Shown: positions 51,896 to 64,000 of the stretch, piece after piece
How positions within the stretch are numbered: position 1 is the stretch's first letter
Layout: each line of letters starts with the position of its first letter
Source of the DNA: an uncultured Chloroflexia bacterium
Lineage (GTDB): Bacteria; Chloroflexota; Limnocylindria; Limnocylindrales; CSP1-4
Direction: 5' to 3'
NCBI GenBank assembly: GCA_963720965.1
Contig: CAVRHD010000008.1
Location: forward strand, 27,843-91,842
Length of the DNA: 64,000 nucleotides
Made by a program: the position numbers and the translations under genes
Notes under the pieces: generated by a model
The model's input: the letters and a program-made list of their open reading frames with translations, nothing else
What the model was told of the DNA's origin: nothing
The model's database searches: none

Positions 51896-54754
51896 GCCCT
51901 CGGGGACCTCGAGCTCACCCGGGTCGGCGAAGGCCCGGGCGTCGCCCCGGCCTCCGGCCGCGGCCATCGCCTCGCGATAGACGCCCACGGCGTCGTCGAC
52001 GCACATCACCACGAGGTCGCCCGGCGCGGCGCGCTTCAAGGCCTGGCGAACGGCGGTCATCTCGTCCAGCACCGTGTCGACCCGGGCCGCCCGGCCGGAG
52101 CCGTCGGCATACGCGGCCTGGGTGCCCTCGACAACATGAGCGGCGGTTTCGCCGGCCGTCCGGCCGCGCAGGTTCTTGTCCTCGCGGATGATGATCTCGT
52201 CGAAGGTCGTCGCCGCGATCGCGCCGTAGTCGCGCTGGTCCTGGTCGCGCCGATCGCCCGGAATGCCGATCACCCCGATCGCCCGGCCTTGGCGGATCGG
52301 GCCGCCGCCGTCGGCGACCTTCGCCCGCGACGCACGGGCCGGCTTGCCGATCCCTCGCTCCGGCTCGCTGACCATGCGCTCGACGAAGTCGGTCAGCTGG
52401 CGCATCCCGTCGACGTTGTGGCAGTAGTCGATGACCACCCGAACCCCGCCCAGCTCGAGCAGGTTGAGCCGCCCAGGTGCCTGGAAGAACGAGGTCGAGA
52501 ACGTGCGCAGCCCCTGGCGGATGTCGTGCAGGTGGGCCCCGGCGGCCCACGCCGCGGCGGCCGCGGCCAGCGCATTAGCCACGTTCATCCGGGCCTTGCC
52601 CCCAAACGTCGCCGGGATAAGGTGGGTGTACAGGATGGGCATCGTCCGGCCGGCCAGCCGGAGCACGAGCAGCTCGCCCTCGGGCGTCTCGTCGATGCAG
52701 AACGCCGCACCGCCCCGGCCGACGTGCCCGTCGACCCGGTCGAAGCCCTCCTCGCCCTTGGCCGTCTGCATCGAGAAGTAGACGACCCGGCCGGCCGAAT
52801 GGCGTCCCATCCGGGCAACCAGGGGATCATCGGCGTTGAGCACGACCGTGCCCGAGCGGGGCACGGCATCCACGACCACGGCCTTGACGTTGGCCAGCTG
52901 GCCCAGCGAGGTGATCCCGCCCAGGCCCATGTGGTCGCCGGTCACGTTGGTCACGACGGCCACGTCATTCCGGTCGTAGCCCAGGCCCTCGCGCAGGATC
53001 CCGCCCCGGGCCACCTCGAACACAGCGGTGTCGACGGTCGGGTTCTGAAGGACCATCTGGGCCGACTTCGGGCCGGACATGTCGCCCTTCTTGATCATCC
53101 GTCCGTCGATCACGATGCCGTCGGTCGAGGTCATCCCGACCCGGCGGCCCATCAGCTTGAGGATGTGGGCGATCATCCGGACCGTCGTCGTCTTGCCGTT
53201 CGTGCCGGTCACGGCCAGGATCGGAATGCGCGCCGGAGTGCCCGCCGGGAACAGCCCGTCGATCACCGGCCGGGCGACGTATTGGGGCTCGCCTTCGGTC
53301 GGATGGGTGTGCATCCGGAAGCCGGGCGCCGCGTTGACCTCGACGATCGCGCCGCCCGTCTCGCGCACGGGCGTGGCGATGTCGGGACAGATGAAGTCGA
53401 TCCCGGCGACATCGAGGCCGATGATCCGGGCGGCGGTTTCGGCGATCTCGACGTTGTCCGGATGGGCTTCGATCGTCCGGTCGATCGAGGTGCCGCCGGT
53501 GGACATGTTGCCGGTCAGGGCGAGCTTGACCCGCCGGCCGGCGGCCGGAACCGCGTCGAGCTCGAAGCCCTGCGCCCGGACGAGCTCGATCGCGGCGCTG
53601 TCGATGGTGATCCGGGTGAGGACCTTCTCATGGCCAATTCCCCGCCGGGGATCGGCATTGGCGGCCTCGACCAGGGCCCCGATCGTCCGCTCGCCGTCGC
53701 CCACGACCGAGGCCGGCACGCGCTCGGCAATCGCCGCGACCTTGCCGCCGATGACCAGGCAGCGGTAGTCATTGCCGGCCACGTACGTCTCGACAACCAG
53801 GTCGCCCGAGCGGCTCTCGCGGGAGGCCCCGTGAAAGGCCGCCCGGACCGCCTCCTCCGAGCGCAGGTCGAGGTGGACCCCCCGGCCGTGATTGCCGTCG
53901 AGCGGCTTGACCACGCAGGGATAGCCCAGGCGGCGGGCGGCAGCGACCGTGGCCTCCTCCGACGCGACGAGCTCGGAGCGGGGCACGGGCAGCCCGGCCG
54001 AGTCGAGGAGCTTGTTGGTCAGGCTCTTGTCCGAGGCAACGTCGACCGCGATCGCCGAGGTGCGCGAGGTCATCGTCGCCCGGATGCGCTGCTGGTGGAC
54101 GCCCTGGCCGAGCTGGACGAGCGAGTGCCGGTCGAGCCGGATGTACGGGATGTCGCGGCTGACGGCCTCGTCGATCAGGGCCTGGGTCGAAGGCCCGAAG
54201 GCCGCCCGCTCGGCCAGCCGGATCAGGCCCTCGAGCTCCACCAGCAGGTCGAAGTCGGGGCTCGCCGACGGGTCGACGAGGTGATTGACGAGGGCCACCG
54301 CGATCCGGCCGGCCTCGATCCCGACCAATTCCTCGCGGTACTCGTAGATCACGTTGTAACGGCCGTGCACCCCGGCCGAACGGGTCTTGCCGTGGCGGAC
54401 ATCGGTGCCGGCCAGGTTCTGGAGCTCGAGGGCGATGTGCTCGGCCACGTGGCCGGCCCACGTGCCCTCGCGCAGGCGGGTGATGAAGCCACCCCGCCGG
54501 CCGAGCGAGCAGGCGTGGTCCTCGAGTGTCGGCAACAGCCCGACGAGCGCGTCCACGAAGCCGGGGATCAGATTGCTCGGGAACTCCTCGAGGACGCCGA
54601 GGTCGACCAGCATCCGCACGACGGGCTCGCGGGCCCAGTAGTTCGGGCCGCGCAGGATCCTGGTCTCGATGATCGCGAGGGTCGGCTCCGGCCGCGGCGC
54701 CGGCGCCCGGCTGCGGCTCGACCTGGCTCGAGGCGTCCGATCTGGCTCGGCCAT
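51893..54754 (-). CDS. cphA: cyanophycin synthetase (N, ATP-grasp G and Mur-ligase M domains)
   Basis: IIETRILRGPNYWAREPVV, HVAEHIALELQN, LTNKLLDSAGLPVP, YPCVVKPLDGNHGRGV, EVNAAPGFRMH, AVTGTNGKTTT, TGDHMG, 953 aa. The ATG at 54754 shares one base with the cphB stop (TGATG). Confidence 0.92.
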   Translation of the reverse strand: MAEPDRTPRARSSRSRAPAPRPEPTLAIIETRILRGPNYWAREPVVRMLVDLGVLEEFPSNLIPGFVDALVGLLPTLEDHACSLGRRGGFITRLREGTWAGHVAEHIALELQNLAGTDVRHGKTRSAGVHGRYNVIYEYREELVGIEAGRIAVALVNHLVDPSASPDFDLLVELEGLIRLAERAAFGPSTQALIDEAVSRDIPYIRLDRHSLVQLGQGVHQQRIRATMTSRTSAIAVDVASDKSLTNKLLDSAGLPVPRSELVASEEATVAAARRLGYPCVVKPLDGNHGRGVHLDLRSEEAVRAAFHGASRESRSGDLVVETYVAGNDYRCLVIGGKVAAIAERVPASVVGDGERTIGALVEAANADPRRGIGHEKVLTRITIDSAAIELVRAQGFELDAVPAAGRRVKLALTGNMSTGGTSIDRTIEAHPDNVEIAETAARIIGLDVAGIDFICPDIATPVRETGGAIVEVNAAPGFRMHTHPTEGEPQYVARPVIDGLFPAGTPARIPILAVTGTNGKTTTVRMIAHILKLMGRRVGMTSTDGIVIDGRMIKKGDMSGPKSAQMVLQNPTVDTAVFEVARGGILREGLGYDRNDVAVVTNVTGDHMGLGGITSLGQLANVKAVVVDAVPRSGTVVLNADDPLVARMGRHSAGRVVYFSMQTAKGEEGFDRVDGHVGRGGAAFCIDETPEGELLVLRLAGRTMPILYTHLIPATFGGKARMNVANALAAAAAAWAAGAHLHDIRQGLRTFSTSFFQAPGRLNLLELGGVRVVIDYCHNVDGMRQLTDFVERMVSEPERGIGKPARASRAKVADGGGPIRQGRAIGVIGIPGDRRDQDQRDYGAIAATTFDEIIIREDKNLRGRTAGETAAHVVEGTQAAYADGSGRAARVDTVLDEMTAVRQALKRAAPGDLVVMCVDDAVGVYREAMAAAGGRGDARAFADPGELEVPEG

Positions 54755-55590
54755 CAGCTCGACGCGGCCTCCCCGCCGGCCAGCGCCCGGAGCTGGGGCG
54801 TCGCGATCCGGCGGCGCTTGCGCAGGTCGAAGTGGTAGCCGGCCGGCAGCGAGTGAAGGACGACGCCGCTGATCATGAGCGGCCGGTGTCCGCCGATCTC
54901 CCAGGCGTCGGTCTCGGACTGGGCGCCGTCGATGATCGTGATGCTGCCCCGCCCGATCACCTCCATGACGTGGTCCGGCCCGACCACGCCGGCCGTATCC
55001 TCGTCGACGCCCAGGCCCAGCAGGCTGGGGTTCTGGGCGATCAGGCTGAGCAGGCGGCCGAGCCGGTTGCGCTGCTGGAAGTGCTGGTCGATGATGACCC
55101 CCGGGAGCACGCCGAGGCCCGCCGCGATCTGGGCCATCCGCAGCTTGGGCGTCGCCCCGGATGCTCCGAACGCGATCATGTGGCTGCTCATCGCGGACGC
55201 GCCGGCCGATGTCCCGGCAATCACCGCGCCATCCTGGAAGCGCTCCATGATCTCGTCGGCCAGCCCGGTTCCGCCGAGGGTGGAGCTCAGGCGGAGCTGG
55301 TTGCCGCCGGTCAGGAAGATCCCGGTCACGCCGTGCAGGGCCCGGGCAGCCGCCTCCTCGTTGGCCTGCTGGCGAGTGACCGCGTGGATCGGACGAACAG
55401 TCCCCACGCCCAGCTCGCTGAACACCGCGCGATAGCGCTCGCCCGCCTCCTGGCCCAGGGATGAGGCCGTGCTGATCACTGCCACGATGGCCTGCGGGCC
55501 GCCGGCGAGCGCGACGAACCGGTTGAGGATGACCCGGTCCCGGACCTTGTCCTCGGCGCCGCCGATCACGATGACGCTGCCCTGCGCCAC
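54754..55590 (-). CDS. cphB: cyanophycinase (peptidase S51)
   Basis: VIVIGGAEDK, IFLTGGNQLRL, VIAGTSAGASAMS (nucleophile Ser), GLGVDEDT. Confidence 0.9.
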   Translation of the reverse strand: MAQGSVIVIGGAEDKVRDRVILNRFVALAGGPQAIVAVISTASSLGQEAGERYRAVFSELGVGTVRPIHAVTRQQANEEAAARALHGVTGIFLTGGNQLRLSSTLGGTGLADEIMERFQDGAVIAGTSAGASAMSSHMIAFGASGATPKLRMAQIAAGLGVLPGVIIDQHFQQRNRLGRLLSLIAQNPSLLGLGVDEDTAGVVGPDHVMEVIGRGSITIIDGAQSETDAWEIGGHRPLMISGVVLHSLPAGYHFDLRKRRRIATPQLRALAGGEAASS

Positions 55591-55699
55591 AATTCATCCG
55601 CCTCCCTGAATGTTCCGAGAGGATACAGGAGTGCACCGGCGCGACGGCGAAGAACCCAGCTTCGAGGGGGGCTCGGACTCGCGCACAAGCCGTGCGAGA

Positions 55700-56662
55700 A
55701 TGCACCCGATGAGCGCTGCCCAGTCGCGTCAGGCCCAGCGACAACCATCGAAGACGGATCGACGGCTGCGTGCCGTCGGGCGCGCCGTGCGCCTGCAGGT
55801 CGAGCAGCTCCACGACCGCCGCCGGATCGCCGCGATCGTGATCCTGGCCCTCGTCTTCGGGCTGATCGGAGCTGGCCTGATCGCCCGGGGCGAGGAGGGC
55901 GGCGCCGATGCCCGGGCGTACTGGGCGGCCGTACGGATCTGGCTGAACGGTGGCGATCCGTATCACCCGAGCGGCCCGTTCCTGCCCTATGTCTACGCCC
56001 CCTGGATGCTGCCGCTGTTCGCACCATGGGCGCTCCTGCCCTGGGACGTGGCCTGGTTCGTGTGGCGGGCCGGCGTGATCATCGCCTGGCTGGCGACCAT
56101 CCAGTGGGCCTACAACCGGCGGCCCCTGGCCACCGCGGTGGCCGTCCTGCTCCTGGCGTTCCCCGTTGGGGCCAACCTCGATACCGGCAACGTGACGATG
56201 ATCCTGACGCTGCTCCTGTGGGCCGCCCTGTTCTGCGAGGCCCGGTTAGCCGGGCTGATCTGGGCCCTGGCCACCTCGATGAAGTGGTTCCCCGCCCCGT
56301 TCTGGCTGCTCCTTGCCCCGCGCGCCAGGACCTGGGGCCTGATCTGGCTGGCGCTTGCGGCCCTGCTCAGCATCGTGACCCTGCCGCTCACGATCATCCA
56401 GCTGCAGGCCCTGTTCGGGTTCGGCCCCCGGCCGATCCGGGTCGACTACCTCGTCCTGCTGTGGGCCTGCGTGCCCTGGCTGTGGCGCCGTCCGGCTGCC
56501 CTGGCCCGGTTCGATCCGCGGACCTGGCCGGCGGTCCTCAACGGCGGTTGGGCCGCGCTCGCGACGGCCCGGACCCGCTGGAGCGGCGACCCGAAAGGCG
56601 CCCGCCAGAGTGTCCGAGTGGGGATCCGGGCCTTCCTCGGCCTGGAGAATCGGACCGGCTGA
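55700..56662 (+). CDS. polytopic membrane protein, GT87/DUF2029-like glycosyltransferase
   Basis: YWAAVRIWLNGGDPYHPSGPFLPYVYAPWMLPLFAPWALLPW followed by 7-8 hydrophobic segments. The pattern resembles polyprenol-phosphate-sugar-dependent GT-C enzymes. Start at ATG 55700 or 55709. Confidence 0.55.
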   Translation: MHPMSAAQSRQAQRQPSKTDRRLRAVGRAVRLQVEQLHDRRRIAAIVILALVFGLIGAGLIARGEEGGADARAYWAAVRIWLNGGDPYHPSGPFLPYVYAPWMLPLFAPWALLPWDVAWFVWRAGVIIAWLATIQWAYNRRPLATAVAVLLLAFPVGANLDTGNVTMILTLLLWAALFCEARLAGLIWALATSMKWFPAPFWLLLAPRARTWGLIWLALAALLSIVTLPLTIIQLQALFGFGPRPIRVDYLVLLWACVPWLWRRPAALARFDPRTWPAVLNGGWAALATARTRWSGDPKGARQSVRVGIRAFLGLENRTG

Positions 56663-56664
56663 CC

Positions 56665-57353
56665 TCAGGCCAGGACGGCCGTCCGGGTGAGCTCGACCCG
56701 CTGCCGGTCTCGTCCGCCCGGCGCGACGTAGCGGAACAGCGACCGATCGAGCGAGTAGATCCCGGTCGAGGCAATCTCGATCGAGCCGAGGCGAAAGCTG
56801 AACACCGGGTTCTCCTCGTTGCCGGCGTAGTGATAGGCGCTCCCGTCGGCGGCCAGCACGGCCAGGTTGGCCGGCCCGCTGAAGGTTCGGTGGAGATCGC
56901 CCAGCAGCTCGCCGACGGGCGCATCGGCCTGCCAGGTGTCCTCGAGCCAGCGGGCTCCAACCTCGGTGTCGGCCTGGCCGTGGATCCGGCCGGCTGCCTG
57001 GAAGGCCGTCCGTCGCTGCCGGTAGTTGCGCAGGTCGCCGTTGTGGCTGAAGGCGAAGCGCCCGTCCGGATCCGCGAATGGCTGGGTGTCGGCCAGGGTC
57101 AGGGTCGACAGCCGCGACGGCCGGCGGAGGTGGACGAGGAGGCTCGTCGTCTCGATCGAGCCGATCGCGTCGCGCCCGGGATCGTCGTGGAAGGCGCGGA
57201 CGTCCCGGTAGGTGACCAGCCGACCTGGGGCCGCGATCCAGGCGGCCCCCCAACCGAACCCGGCGATCCCGTAGCGCTCGAGGCCCTCCGCCAGCCCGAA
57301 CAGCTCGGACACCTGGAATGGCTGCCCGGATCGCGCGATGAACTGCTCACACA

Positions 57354-57354
<1 letters not shown>
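56665..57354 (-). CDS. class II (Ntn, N-terminal Cys) glutamine amidotransferase family protein
   Basis: Begins MCEQF (Cys2 nucleophile). GFGWGAAW, LLVHLRRPS, TQPF, FSHNGDL. Confidence 0.75.
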
Positions 57355-62121
<4,767 letters not shown>

Positions 62122-62130
<9 letters not shown>

Positions 62131-62296
62131 AGAAGTACAAAACGGGCCTTTCGACGCCCAAGCGGCCTTGCCCGCCTCCGGCCCAGCCCCATTTCACGCT
62201 CGCCCGAGCGTGGCCGGGGACGAGTCCGGCTCGGAGAGCCCCGTCCCATGGGCCACCCAGGTGCCGAAACCGGCGTTTTGTCTTTCTACACGCAAC
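62122..62296. repeat. about 175-bp element bounded by inverted repeats, copy Y (same family as 20702-20875)
   Basis: Left arm gttgcgcacagaagtacaaaacgggcctttcgacgcc. Reverse complement of right arm gttgcgtgtagaaagacaaaacgccggtttcggcacc. Central block catttcacgctcgcccgagcgtggccggggacga. Confidence 0.7.
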
Positions 62297-62352
62297 AACA
62301 CCCGGCGAGCCCGCGGTCTCTGGGACCCTCAGGGTTGACCTCGGGACGTAGG

Positions 62353-62832
62353 ATGCCGCCCATGCCGAGCGAAGCGCTTCTTCTCGCCATCGCCCAGCTC
62401 GGGGCGGTGATCGCCGGCTTCACGGCAGTGACCGCGGTCCTGCAACCGCCGGGTGGCTCGTGGAGCCCGGCCTTGCGCATCCGTCATCGATCGATCGTCT
62501 CGACGAGCTTCAACGTGATGTTCGAGGCGCTGGTTCCCCTGATTGTCTTCGCCTGGCTCGCCGACGTGCGGTCGTCACTCGTCGTCTCGAGCGCCGGCGT
62601 GGCCACCTACGTCGGCGGGGTAGTCGCGCTCCGCCTGCGGCAGTTCGTGCGCACCGGCGCGATTCGCGTCCGGAGCGGCCAGATCCTCCTGCTCATCGCG
62701 GCGGCGGCCTTCCTGCTGTTCGCGGCGAACATCCTGATCGCCTCGGTCGCCGTCTATTCGCTCGCCCTGTGCGTCCAGCTGGCGGTCGCGGTGGTCAGCT
62801 TCTACACCCTCCTGACCGCCGCCCTGGGCTGA
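62353..62832 (+). CDS. hypothetical membrane protein (159 aa, 4-5 hydrophobic segments)
   Basis: MPPMPSEALLLAIAQLGAVIAGFTAVTAVL...LLLIAAAAFLLFAANILIASVAVYSLALCVQLAVAVVSFYTLL. Start chosen at ATG 62353, downstream of repeat Y. Confidence 0.55.
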   Translation: MPPMPSEALLLAIAQLGAVIAGFTAVTAVLQPPGGSWSPALRIRHRSIVSTSFNVMFEALVPLIVFAWLADVRSSLVVSSAGVATYVGGVVALRLRQFVRTGAIRVRSGQILLLIAAAAFLLFAANILIASVAVYSLALCVQLAVAVVSFYTLLTAALG

Positions 62833-63060
62833 TGAGGTACGCCGAAGCCTGGCTAGAACGACGGGCCAGGAGGCGGGACCTCGAACGAAACGACCGAGTC
62901 GCCGAAGATTGCGAAGAGCCCGTTTCGAAATCGCTACCTTCTCTCCGTGTCCGCCGACGGACGACCCACCCATTGCCTACGGCGCCTTCGTCGGCACGGA
63001 CCCCACCACAACTCCACGTGTGATGGCTTGCCCGGACGGTGACGCGCATCTGGGACATGG

Positions 63061-64000
63061 TTACCTCGCTCGGGGGGCTTTCGTGTGGGCCAGGAGACGA
63101 TCGGCGATCATGCGGCGATCAGCGATCGGCAGCGGGTCCACCACGTCTCGTTCCGCAATCCCGACATGTGCTTCGAGCGGTTGGCCGAGGCCCACCAACG
63201 CATTCACGAGCGCTGTGGCGATCCCCTCCCGGCGGTGCTCCGGCGCGACCCCGAGGGCGATCAGCTCGTCCGGGCCGCCATCGTCGCCGGAGGGCAGGAC
63301 CAGGGCGACGCCGACGAGCCGGTCGCCGGCGACGGCACCCGACGCCCGGGCTCCGTCACGTATCGCCGCGAGCAGCAGTTGCCGGGCAGCGTCGGGATTC
63401 GCCGGCGGCAGGGTTCGCGGCGCCAGGACCAGGCGATCAACGATAGCTGCGTCCAGGCTCGGAACGATGGTCGGCGACACCGCAACGCCTGTGCTCGCGG
63501 CAGGGTTCGAGACCGGCACCTTCGCCAGCGGGTCCCACCAGCCGCGATCCTCGGCAACCACGAGCAGGTGCGGCAAGACCAGCGTTCGGACGGCGGCAAT
63601 CGTCGCCAGCGAGCGCGACTCGGCCAGGCGCTGCAGCTCGGAATCGGGCAGGCCGGCGTTCGGGGCGTCGGAGAACATCGCGGGCGGCGGCGACTGGCCG
63701 TAGGTGGCCGCATCAGCAGACCAGCGATCGCGCCAGCCGGGATCGATCGCGTCGGGCGCCTCGAGATGGGCGCCAGCCAGCCAGGTCAGGGCCCACGTCC
63801 GGGGCACCACCCGGTAGACGTCGTAGCCCCCTCCACCAGTGGCCAGCCAGCGCCCTCCGGCATGGCGATGGGCGACCTGGTCGACCAGCCTGGCCGCCTC
63901 ACCCATCGCCGTCGTGGTGACCCGGAGATGGGCCAGCGGATCCCAGGCGTGGCTGTCGGCTCCATGCTGGCTGACGACGAGATCGGGTCCGAAGGCCGCG
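63061..64000 (-). CDS. histone-deacetylase/AcuC-family protein (5' end outside the window) with a roughly 190-aa GNAT-like C-terminal extension
   Basis: The frame is open to the window edge. It reads ...GPDLVVSQHGADSHAWDPLAHLRVTT and ATGGGGYDVYRVVPRTW (HDAC-fold motifs). Then comes a C-terminal region with VGVALVLPSGDDGGPDELIALGVAPEHRREGIATALVNAL, resembling GNAT motif A. Confidence 0.7.
   Translation of the reverse strand, partial: AAFGPDLVVSQHGADSHAWDPLAHLRVTTTAMGEAARLVDQVAHRHAGGRWLATGGGGYDVYRVVPRTWALTWLAGAHLEAPDAIDPGWRDRWSADAATYGQSPPPAMFSDAPNAGLPDSELQRLAESRSLATIAAVRTLVLPHLLVVAEDRGWWDPLAKVPVSNPAASTGVAVSPTIVPSLDAAIVDRLVLAPRTLPPANPDAARQLLLAAIRDGARASGAVAGDRLVGVALVLPSGDDGGPDELIALGVAPEHRREGIATALVNALVGLGQPLEAHVGIAERDVVDPLPIADRRMIADRLLAHTKAPRAR

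Noticed and set aside
51260-51918. Minus-strand small ORFs starting MICQFRA in both copies of the tandem repeat.
   Set aside because: There is no ribosome-binding site, the downstream sequence is Arg/Pro/Gly-rich, and similarity between the copies is limited to the repeat end block. The conservation is better explained at the DNA or RNA level.
51878-54838. Very long ORFs antisense to, or out of frame with, conserved genes. Examples: 51878-54838 +, 1382-2566 -, 6170-7966 -, 9625-11661 +, 11261-13695 +, 20857-23280 +, 34921-37367 -, 42060-44633 +, 49117-51189 -.
   Set aside because: Their translations are Arg/Pro/Gly/Asp-rich with no recognisable motifs, while the opposite or alternative frame encodes textbook enzymes. 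Stop-poor shadow frames like these are expected at about 70% GC.

Overview
This is a 64-kb, roughly 70% GC, gene-dense bacterial chromosomal segment. I saw no rRNA, CRISPR array, transposase, integrase or phage gene. Taxonomy cannot be fixed from the sequence. The gene content (T-box leader, class I LysRS, Flp pilin, membrane pyrophosphatase) fits a high-GC Terrabacteria lineage such as Chloroflexota or Actinomycetota.

Content, in order:
(1) A DsbA-like gene and two tRNAs.
(2) A complete shikimate/chorismate operon on the + strand (1.5-8.6 kb): DAHP synthase, aroA, aroE, aroC, fused aroK-aroB, aroQ and chorismate mutase. It is preceded by a mini-ORF MHTFFFAYQRPA and an intrinsic terminator.
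(3) Head-on to it, a complete trp operon on the - strand (8.6-15.7 kb): trpE-G-D, a single TrpC-TrpF-TrpB fusion ORF, then trpA. It is led by a clear UGG-specifier T-box.
(4) An uncharacterised cluster at 16-20.5 kb: two tandem paralogous Cys-rich zinc-ribbon proteins, an internally duplicated protein, a small 4-Cys protein, an orphan Flp pilin and a Pro/Ser/Thr-rich anchored protein.
(5) greA-lysK(class I)-serS-tRNA-Ser, then argR, uppP, hppA and lepB.
(6) An orphan NuoN/MrpD-like membrane gene pair, ndk and an M16 peptidase.
(7) A CoA/pantothenate operon: coaX-coaBC-panB-panC.
(8) gdhA, degV, an MFS transporter, ggt, azlCD, ridA and an M20 peptidase.
(9) A cyanophycin locus: cphB-cphA, plus a convergent paralog that has the CphA N and Mur-ligase domains but no ATP-grasp domain.
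(10) A GT87-like membrane protein, a class II amidotransferase, lhr, and a partial HDAC-like gene with a GNAT-like tail.

Non-coding highlights are two families of about 175-190-bp elements bounded by inverted repeats. One has copies at 20.7 and 62.2 kb. The other is a tandem pair in the cph convergent gap.

At least three conserved genes (lepB, the nuoN-like gene, lhr) carry single apparent frameshifts, and azlC lacks a canonical start. This suggests assembly indels or real gene decay. Any call that depends on frame continuity should be checked against reads.
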